Below, one piece after another: positions 10,331 through 18,900 of a stretch of DNA of 64,000 nucleotides. The notes under the pieces were generated by a model, which saw only the letters and a program-made list of their open reading frames with translations, had not been told where the DNA came from and made no database searches. Origin of the DNA: Setoptus koraiensis (Eukaryota > Animalia > Arthropoda); NCBI GenBank assembly GCA_048013815.1, contig CM106585.1, forward strand, positions 2,604,001 through 2,668,000. Reading direction: 5' to 3'. The translations under genes and the position numbers were made by a program. Position 1 is the first letter of the stretch. Each line of letters begins with the position of its first letter.

Positions 10331-10432
10331 TGTTAGCAACATCTGTAACATCGCTTATGCGCATGCGCCCCAATTCATATAAATGTATTCGCGCGCTCTA
10401 AATAAAATCAGTTTATTGAAGATACTCTTACA
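10331..10432 (+). repeat. 5' LTR (102 bp)
   Basis: TGTTAGCAAC...CTCTTACA; contains TATAAA and AATAAA. Differs from the 3' LTR only at 10420 (A) versus 13272 (T). Confidence 0.95.
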
Positions 10433-11418
10433 TGGAGGTTCTACCCAAAACAGAACTCAGTGAAGACGATCGAAGAAAGATCGCTTTAGTAAACTCATCG
10501 AACATTGGCGTTTTCACAAAAAAAGAAATAGTCAAGTTAATCAAAAAGAAAGAGAAATTAACATCACATTATATCAAGAAAGTAAATCAATCAAACTTGT
10601 CTAACTCCGACAAGGAATTCGTAATCAACATGCACGGCGGAAATGAAGCAGGTCGGTCTAACAACAACACCGACAATCAAAATGACAACAACGACAACCG
10701 TGACCAAAATGTCAATAACATCTCACCAAACGAAGATGATGACAACTCAGACAATGGATCAGAACACAGCTCAGAGAACAGCTCACCTGATCAGCATAAT
10801 GACAGATATGTCGCGAAACGAAAAGAGGTTTTACCTAGAGAGTTTGACGGAGACCCTAATCAAGCCCGAAGCTGGCTAACAAACTTCCGCTATTGCTCTA
10901 AAATCAATGGTTGGAATGACTTACTCAAAGCGCAACGCTTTCCAGCGTTTTTGAAAGAAGGGCCAGCAAGAAGCTGGTATGAAGTATGTATAATGGATAC
11001 GAACATTGAGGACAACTATAAAGAAATAGTTGAACAGTTTGAGGCTGTGTTCATTCCACAGTCTACTAAAAGATCAATCGCCCAAGAGATTGAGCACAAG
11101 AGACAGAAACCAAATGAAGCTGTCGCAAACTTTATCATGGATATGAGATTGCTATGCAAGCAATATGACAGCAAAATGAGTGAGGGTGAAATAATAGACA
11201 AAATTCGTTTCAGGCTTCACCAATCGTTTTTCCCGAATATCACCCAGAAAACTACCAACAGCTTGTCCGTCTTTATAAATGAATGCCTTCTCATTGAAGA
11301 GGGTAATAAACAAAAAAACGCATCACAAGCGAATGTATCAGCAGTGATCGATAAAAAAAGTTGGGTTATTGTATGGAACAGCGCCACACTTTTTTCGGGG
11401 TATTCTGTATATTTTTGA
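10432..11418 (+). CDS. Retrotransposon Gag (capsid) ORF; last ~19 codons come from the TIR insert
   Basis: PREFDGDPNQARSWLTNF...NGWND...FPAFLKEGPARSWY...YKEIVEQFEAVF...KRQKPNEAVANFIMDMRLLC...SEGEIIDKIRFRL is the typical Ty3/Gypsy retrotransposon gag capsid pattern. Confidence 0.88.
   Translation: MEVLPKTELSEDDRRKIALVNSSNIGVFTKKEIVKLIKKKEKLTSHYIKKVNQSNLSNSDKEFVINMHGGNEAGRSNNNTDNQNDNNDNRDQNVNNISPNEDDDNSDNGSEHSSENSSPDQHNDRYVAKRKEVLPREFDGDPNQARSWLTNFRYCSKINGWNDLLKAQRFPAFLKEGPARSWYEVCIMDTNIEDNYKEIVEQFEAVFIPQSTKRSIAQEIEHKRQKPNEAVANFIMDMRLLCKQYDSKMSEGEIIDKIRFRLHQSFFPNITQKTTNSLSVFINECLLIEEGNKQKNASQANVSAVIDKKSWVIVWNSATLFSGYSVYF
10433..10445 (+). promoter_or_regulatory. Primer-binding site, probably tRNA-Gln
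   Basis: TGGAGGTTCTACC lies directly after the LTR. It is complementary, with one G-U wobble, to the metazoan tRNA-Gln 3' end ...GGUGGAACCUCCA (recalled from memory). Confidence 0.75.
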
Positions 11419-12244
11419 GTAGGGTATTGTACCCTGATTCCAGAATAAGTATTCCGGAAGTGCGGAAATTCTTGGTTCACGAGATAACCGACATACCGCT
11501 CGGGAGGCGTTTCTCGATACCCGACGACCGCTAGCTAATTCCGGGGCAATTTTTGAGGTATTTTGAAAAACCATGTGTAGAAAGACTCTCTTAGAACCGA
11601 TCTGGATACCTCTGAGGTTTTTAAAAGGGACGATAAAAATGAAGTAAAACAAACAATAGAATAGAGCCCGTATGAGGGCGAACACGATAAGTCTGACTTG
11701 GAGTCATGATTTCTTGGTGGAATCGCGACCAATACAGCTGGAAGTATCTGGGAGAGTCTGGAATTGGCCTTCGCTTAGCTCGGCTTGTTGTGAGTCTGAG
11801 AACTCGGCCTACGGCCTCGTATTTTGGAGGCCGTCACATCTCCGTCGTCGCTCCCGCGACGACTGCGTGCGACGGGAACCCTTCGGGTAGGGTTGATGAG
11901 CGCTTCGGGTATCGGGCTGCGCCCTCTACCCTCCGCTCACATGACTGCAATCCATACACGATTAAAGGTGGATGAGCAGACTATATACCGTGGAAATATA
12001 TCTTGAGCTGAGAATATCCCAAGAACCGGAAGTTGTACGCACTTGAATTTGTCTGCATTGTGTTCAACATGCTTTAATCATGCTGCATACTGCGTTTCAA
12101 GGCTCTATCTCGAAGTTTTAGAAAAACCGGAACCGGAAGTTTCCGCACTTCCGGACCACTGAAACTGTTGTCAGGAGCCCATGCGGGCCCCACGTATGAA
12201 GTTTCATCAAAATCAGAGTGTGGCGCTGTTCCATACAATACCCA
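11362..12244. mobile_element. Non-autonomous DNA element with bipartite TIRs, nested in the LTR element
   Basis: Perfect 24-bp inverted repeat TATTGTATGGAACAGCGCCACACT (11367-11390 vs 12217-12240), extended by TGGG/CCCA. A second perfect 16-bp inverted repeat TCCGGAAGTGCGGAAA (11453-11468 vs 12140-12155) lies 61-62 bp inside each end. No transposase ORF and no matching TSD. Confidence 0.8.
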
Positions 12245-13008
12245 TATATTGTTATAGTGAGCACATTCAGCTCATGGGCACGATTCAGGAATGCCCACCC
12301 CATCCCTTTCGTCTCCACATAGGCGAAGGATTTACTACCGATTCATACACCTACAATTCCAGCACCGTCACCATAAAGGATGACAGCAACCATAGATGGG
12401 GATCACTCGTGGCTGCTAGATTGAGTAGCTTATTTAACCAACACCAAGAAGCGAAAATCGAAGGAATCGTCATATCAAACAGTACATTCAACTTCACCAT
12501 ACCTAACATCACGACTATACAACCCGAAAAATGGATTGAAATAAAAACAGAAAACAACGCCGTTGTACTCAAAGGCAAAATAAGCAAGATGGTGGAGAAC
12601 TTGTCCAACTCTACGATAGGCCGAGCATTCACATCCACCACAAACTGGTTCGGCGAGGTCTACGACAATGCCGCTACACCATTCAAGTACGTATGGTCAT
12701 GTATCTCGTGGATTAAAGAAAACCTATCCTGGTTCATCGTAACCGGAATGATCATCCTAGGACTATTCATCATGTCTATAATAATGCCTTTCTTCAACAT
12801 AGGCATACTGATAATAAACCAATTGCTATTTCCATTCAAAGCGTTCATCAGAATGATACGCCCCAAATTTGGAGGACAAAATAATGTTTTACCACGCTTT
12901 TACAGCGAAGCGAAAAACATTGCGAAACCTATCATCAAAGAGACTCGCACAAAACTACAGAATCTCAAAGACAGGTCTAACAAACCTAAATACATCAAAA
13001 TACGATGA
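12181..13008 (+). CDS. Env-like glycoprotein C-terminal fragment with TM anchor (true env homology from ~12244; ATG supplied by TIR insert)
   Basis: IYCYSEHIQLMGTIQECPPHPFRL motif, N-glycosylation sequons (NSS, NST, NFT, NIT, NLS), hydrophobic TM segment WFIVTGMIILGLFIMSIIMPFFNIGILIINQLLFPF, basic tail. It sits in the canonical env position just upstream of the PPT and 3' LTR. Confidence 0.72.
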   Translation: MRAPRMKFHQNQSVALFHTIPIYCYSEHIQLMGTIQECPPHPFRLHIGEGFTTDSYTYNSSTVTIKDDSNHRWGSLVAARLSSLFNQHQEAKIEGIVISNSTFNFTIPNITTIQPEKWIEIKTENNAVVLKGKISKMVENLSNSTIGRAFTSTTNWFGEVYDNAATPFKYVWSCISWIKENLSWFIVTGMIILGLFIMSIIMPFFNIGILIINQLLFPFKAFIRMIRPKFGGQNNVLPRFYSEAKNIAKPIIKETRTKLQNLKDRSNKPKYIKIR

Positions 13009-13170
13009 ACTATCAATACTAAACACCTGAATACCAAAGGAAACTTACCATAACGACATATTTTATACCATATTACTCATATACGTATCTCAATTATATA
13101 CTCATAAATATACACTCATATCAAGGCAGACCATACCAACAATAATTGTACCCATATGTAACCATTTTAT

Positions 13171-13182
13171 AAAAGAGGGGAA
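13171..13182 (+). promoter_or_regulatory. Polypurine tract
   Basis: AAAAGAGGGGAA immediately before the 3' LTR. Confidence 0.9.
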
Positions 13183-13284
13183 TGTTAGCAACATCTGTAA
13201 CATCGCTTATGCGCATGCGCCCCAATTCATATAAATGTATTCGCGCGCTCTAAATAAAATCAGTTTATTGATGATACTCTTACA
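13183..13284 (+). repeat. 3' LTR (102 bp)
   Basis: 101/102 identical to 10331-10432; followed by CTAG. Confidence 0.95.
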
Positions 13285-13310
13285 CTAGCTAGCGCCAATA
13301 CTAGAAACAC

Positions 13311-13830
13311 AAAGGACACCTTGCATACGAAAGGACACCTTGCATACGAAATTTTTTTTTTCAAAGTTGTGGTCTATAAATGGTTCCCCCATCACCCGAT
13401 AGGGGGCCACCTCACACGCTGATTTTTCTCATTTTTCACTCTCGATCTTTCATATTTTGGCCGCTAGGGGGCTATTTTCAAATCGTTTTCTTTCGCCCCT
13501 AGCTCGATTATCTTTGGTCCGATTTCGATTTTTTTGCACTAAATTGTTTGTCTACAAGAGATCTATCTATTCGTAAACTTGTTTTGGGTATCCGATTACT
13601 ATAAAGCAGAAAAAAGCGGGTTTCCAAAAAAAAAATTTGGGGGCCAATTTTGGGCCCCTTGCCATTCTCCCCCCGGGCTGAAATTCACACACATTATAGA
13701 GCTTGATGAGATGTATCGAATAAAGAAAAAAAAAATGAAGAAAAACCCAAACGTACCCCACCAAAAATTGAAAAAACCAGGTCAAAGTGCCTCAAAATGC
13801 ACAGAAATCATGCACAGAAGATGCCTATTT
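13311..13830. mobile_element. Probable non-autonomous DNA-element remnant, beginning with a 19-bp tandem duplication
   Basis: AAAGGACACCTTGCATACG x2 (13311-13348). Also A/T homopolymer runs and motifs (GGCCGCTAGGGGG, CCGATTTCGATTTTTT, AGAGCTTGATGAGA) that resemble arthropod non-autonomous elements. Termini not defined. Confidence 0.35.
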
Positions 13831-13893
13831 AATTAATACATTGATCATACATGAAGAAACTACATCTAACTCAAAAAAGGCTGCTTACAACTC

Positions 13894-14420
13894 TTATGCC
13901 ATCTCTTGTACATTTTGCAGCCGATCGATAACTTTGATCTCCACTTTCGCTTGCTCTTTTCTTATTCTTCTCTTGATAAGAATGTTGATCAAATAAGCGA
14001 TAAGAGCTCCAACCGATGTCAACGGCACACCGATGTAGGCCGCCATTTTCAGTCTTATTACAATTATATTAGGTTGCCGCTCATCAATCTGTAGATGAAA
14101 ATCTATAGGTTCCATCTGCTCGTTTATATGATTTGTTGATAATTCATTCTTCTTAGCCATATTGTTAGTGTAATCAACACCATCGATTGAAATTGTTGTA
14201 TTCCTTGCTACCGAGAAGGCGTAGTCCGGGCAGTTATGCTCGACTCCATTCAGTCTTATCTTCCAAGAAAAACAAAAAACTATCGACTACTCTTGTCTAG
14301 TTTTATCTACAATAGCATTAACAGTGCTGAGAAGCAGTAGTTATTCTGACTAGCTTCTACTGTTCTACAATCTTCTAGTTCTGACGCCTCCAGCTTCCAT
14401 TGCACTAGATCCGGATTGTA
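13894..14420 (-). pseudogene. Second env-like gene remnant (opposite strand), disrupted
   Basis: Reading in frame upstream of the 88-aa ORF gives VFCFSWKIRLNGVEHNCPDYAFSVARNTTISIDGVDY, which parallels IYCYSEHIQLMGTIQECPPHPFRLHIGEGFTTDSYTY of the first env. A TM helix follows (AAYIGVPLTSVGALIAYLINILI) with a basic stop-transfer. An in-frame TAG near 14287-14289 and a frameshift further upstream (WKLEASELEDC) disrupt it. Confidence 0.65.
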
Positions 14421-14437
14421 TACAGCTAGCCTTCTGC

Positions 14438-14619
14438 TGTGCTAAATTCATCTAGTGAGCATCTCAGCATTGAGCGTGCTAATCGCGTCTAGTCAGTTTT
14501 CGCGCGCATAGCATTCTGTGTGCTAAATTTAACTAATCAACATTGTAAGCTTTGAGTGTTCTAAATTTATCTAGTTTATTTCTCACAGTACAGCTTACAC
14601 CGTGCTATTTTTTTCTAGT
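14438..14619. repeat. Degenerate ~40-bp-period repeat (5 copies of a GTGCTAAATTTATCTAGT-like core)
   Basis: Cores near 14438, 14475, 14519, 14556 and 14601, separated by variable ~20-25 bp linkers. Confidence 0.6.
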
Positions 14620-15904
14620 TAAAAAAAGCACTGATTTGTTCTACCCACGTGAATAAACGTATCTGCCAGAACCACCCCAATAGCTACTTAATTAAAATTA
14701 AGCGCTAAAAAGGCATCAGACCCGATCATGTCCATGCTATAGACACTAACAAAATCGATGGCAAAGGAACCACCCAAAAGGTTAGGCCAAGAACTAAATC
14801 GAATGTCTCAATTAATGAAAGCGGCAATATTGTCATACCACACAACAATAACCCGCCGTCCATCGATCAGATAATATCTGAATAAAGCAACTCGCACCTA
14901 AACGCATGGTACAGGCAGCAAAGCAGGCTGAATACTTTTAGCTCAAACACTAAGAGTGATACTGATTCAATCAGTATCTCGAGCGCTGAATTTTTTGGAT
15001 GGACGAGTATCGTCGGAATATAGATGCCAGTATGTGATAAAATGCCAGAGTAAAATAAAACATCTATGCCTGTCAGATCAGAGTAGCCGAGAAGATGACA
15101 AAATAACTCCAAGTTCTTCGATCACAGCACAATACACATGTTGACTGTTCGTTCGGTAGCACCTCCCTCCAACAGACTCCACCTCCCATCCTTACTACAT
15201 GTACTCCACCTCCCATATACTCCGTTTCAATTAAGGCAGTCTAGGACTAGCGCTAAAACAGCGAAGATCTCTCTATTTTTCCTCTCAAAAATCTCTCGTT
15301 TGATTTAACACATCTGTATGACGTCATGGTCACTACTGCGCAGGTGCGGTCTCACACGGTGTGACAATTCCGGATCTTACCTTGTGAGGTAAACCGAGAA
15401 AGTTTTTGCTTAATTCATCAGAAGATTCTTTCTTGGAGCTGGCCCAATGAGAATATTTGAAAGGAGTGAGGTCAGGAGAATTGGCGGGGAAAATGTCTGG
15501 AGTTTCGGGGCTGAGCATTGACATAGACCTGCAGATTATCCAGATAAACTTGGATCATTAACATGAACCCCCTATTCAGGTACATTCGAATGAAACAAAC
15601 TCTGGCCGAAATTGACTCGCCAGATTAAACTGGTCAAGAATTACTATGACGAAAAGTTATGAATCCACTTGTCAGATTATGACATTTATTTTACATCTTC
15701 TTGCATAGGTATATTATCGCTACTTGTCCTCGTTGCAGGTATACAGTTCATTGCTCTTGTAGAGGAAACTACACTATACTATCTCTTTGTTTATTATTAT
15801 CAACAATTTATATAAATAAAATTATCTAGTTAATTATCTGTACAATGTGTATTTGTGTTTGAGCTCCATATTGTTGAGTTTCTAACAAGTGCTGTAAGAA
15901 CCAA

Positions 15905-18900
15905 TTAATAATTTACACATAACGACGACTCTATGGGCATGGCACAGCCGACAATTCGATCATCGAAGGCCAATTTGACAGGACATTCAAACATGTGAAG
16001 TGTGTATTTGCTGAGCTGTTGATCCCAAAAGCACTCATAAAATTTGTTACATTCAAACGGATGCTGGAAAAGACCAGACCGAGTACACGCTGACTCGGGC
16101 ACTAGGTTGGAATTTGATGGCGATGAGCTAGACTGAGAGGGGTCGTCGCTTGTATTGTCCGCAAATTGATTATTAGTTTGATTATTGTTGCTGCTGTTGT
16201 CCACGGTGGTGGTGGAGGTTGCACTTGTTGAGCCAATATCATAGTAGGAAACCGATGAGCCTGCCGACACCGAAGGTGTAGACGGATATACACCAATGTG
16301 GTCATAGAAATGATTAACATACAGTGGATCAACAATCTTTGGCGGTCTGTCATCATTTGTCAATTGAGTTAGGTGGGCTCCGATTGATATGAACGAGCCG
16401 CCCAATTTGGAGCCCGTCGACTTGGGAAGAGGCGTCGGTCTTGACTGATGAAATTGGGTGGCAGCGGTAGAGGTCGTAGTGTTGTCATTGTCATTCTTTT
16501 GCTGATCTGACACAAAACCATACAAAGATTTTGCGCCCGCTCCCTCTACCTGTAGTATTGGCGAGCTTGCGTAAGTAACTCGGCCCCCATTACTGAATTG
16601 AGCTGCTAAATCCATTTGGTCTTGTTGTAAATTGATGCCGTTTGTTGTTTGAAAGCGTTGTCGATCTTGCTGTTCGCCGGCTGTCTCATCAAAATTCAAC
16701 TTATTGTCGCCACTAGTGCTGGTCGAAGAATTGGTAGTGTGACGTAATATGTCCTGGTGTTGTTGTTGCTGTTTCAAATTCAAGCCGTAATCACCCGCAA
16801 AGTAGTTGTAAGTCGAATTGGATTGGTCGTCTTTGACAGCTGCCAAAGTTTTGTCATGATGCTGGCTAGCATTTGCTGGCGATGGCGCCATCACTGCAAT
16901 TGGTATTGATTCAGTTGACGAGGCGACATTGTCAGCAAATGTCATGTCGGAGTGATGATCCTTCTTGTAGTGACTAGATGCCAATGTGTCAGCTTCTGTT
17001 GTTGTTGTTTGCTGTTGATTGTTATCAGTTGTCATGGCCTCGATAGAGTGTTGCACTTGTTTCTTCATTTCGTCATAATGTTGCCTGATGGCCTGTTGAA
17101 TGGATTCTTGAATTGCACGAGTGAAAGCCGGAATCTCTTGCTGTTGCTCATCTTTGTCGCCGTCGAAATGTTTCGCCGATGACGATTTTATTCTCTTTGA
17201 GCCTGTCTCTTGGAATCGTTTCTTTTGCTTTTGCTGTTGTTGCACTGAATGCTGTTTCTGGGCACTGGGCGAAACTAGCAACAGTTCATCTTTTGTGCCA
17301 CCAATGGTCTGATTAGTTTGCTGGTAATTGGTGTCCAAGTATTTAATATTGGTGGTGGTGCTGGTTGTGGGCATTGTGGTTGTGGTTGTAGTAGATGAGA
17401 TAATTGGCAGTATCGTTGTGGTGGTTGTGAGCAACTCGTGAGGAGATCTGGATATGGGAACAATGGGAGTTATGGTGGCTGCCTCGACTAAATCCTTGTC
17501 GCTCATATGCGGTATCACTGCAATGAGGGTGTCACTATCGGACGATTTCATTAGGAAAAAGTCGCCCTGTGTCCGCTGTATAATCTCGTCTAAAGCCACA
17601 AATGTTGGCCTCTCCAGTAGTGAGGCCAATTTGGGGTATTGTTGCCTGAATTGTTCGCATCTTTTCTCCTGTTGAGCGTGGTCCAATTTGAATTGCACTG
17701 TCACCGGAGCCGACATGTCCTTCGCTAACAGAATGGCCGATGTTTCACTTTGCGCACTTGCAGTGAGTTTAGTCTCTATTTTAACGCTAGGCGCACCAAG
17801 ATTGACGGCAATCAATTGCATTGGAGTGATGTCGGGATTTAAAAACAATTGTGGATAATAGTTGGTCAGTTGCAACCAATTGGCCCTGTCCAATAGCTTG
17901 GCGTCTGGCGACGACGGTAAAATGATCAATTTGGCCAGCTTGCTGACAGTCATTCCGTTTGGGCCCAAATCGGTGTAATTGCCCAAATTAACCACAGTTA
18001 TTTGGCTGTGTAAGGTCTTGACAAAACTGTTCCAATTATTTCTGGGCTGAGACGGTTCGTAATGTTGTTCGCGCAAACGTTGCTCTTTGTTGTTTGGCTT
18101 AGTTTTTAGCTCTCGCTTACGATTTGTCTCAAGCTGACTAGACATTTGACGGACCTCTTGCTCGCGATAGATTTCGTGCTTGCCAGATTGAATGCTGGCA
18201 CTGACACTCATGGGATCTAGCAGCTGTTGCTGGTCTCGGTTCACCTGTACCTGATAGCTGGGATCGTCTGGCGAAATGATGGGCATAAATCCGCTCTTGG
18301 TGCCATAAACTGCAACGTGTTCACTCTCCACTCCGGGCCCGTCGCTCGCGCCGGCCCCAATGGGTTGACCAACAATAATATTGGGCTGATTGCTGCTGAA
18401 TGGCGACGCTCTAATGATTGGCTCATTTTGGTTTGTCAAACTAAACATCATCTGAGGCTCAACATTCTGATGATGCTGACGATTTGTTCCGACGAAGGGC
18501 TCCAATCGAACAAAAGTGTTGCTTTCTCTATTACTGTCCGAGCCAATTCTCACAGACGACGGAGTAGTGGTTGAACTGAGCCCCATCGTTTGCTGGCTAC
18601 GCAGAGGTATCCGGCTTTGCGTGCTAACACTGTCCCAGCCTACTAAATGTTCATTGAGAAGAGCCTCGCTACTGGATTTTTGGTCACTGTCGGAATTCAA
18701 CATATGCTTTCGTTGTTTTTCTCTCAATTTGTGTCTCGATGTTGCATCCTCCAGAAGCAGTCTCGATTCGGCCTCAACATTGTCGTCACCGTTGTCCGGT
18801 TTATTGGTGGTGCTAGTGGTTGTTGTCGTGGTGCTAGTTGTTGTCGTGCTAGTGGATGTTGCATCCTTTGAGTTGGCCCTCCTGTTGCTCCTGTTCAATT

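Larger units (their letters stand above)
10331..13284 (+). mobile_element. Non-autonomous LTR retroelement (Ty3/Gypsy-like): LTR-PBS-gag-[TIR insert]-env fragment-PPT-LTR; no pol
   Basis: Two 102-bp TG...CA LTRs with 1 mismatch, a 4-bp TSD CTAG (10327-10330 / 13285-13288), a PBS, a PPT, gag-like and env-like ORFs. No protease, RT (YxDD), RNase H or integrase motif was recognised. Confidence 0.93.

Noticed and set aside
11860-11935. Possible hammerhead or HDV ribozyme (TTGATGAG, UUCG hairpins)
   Set aside because: The CUGAUGA core is imperfect and there is no correctly placed GAAA or pseudoknot.
14438-14619. CRISPR array
   Set aside because: Eukaryotic context, degenerate short repeats, linkers related to each other, no cas genes.
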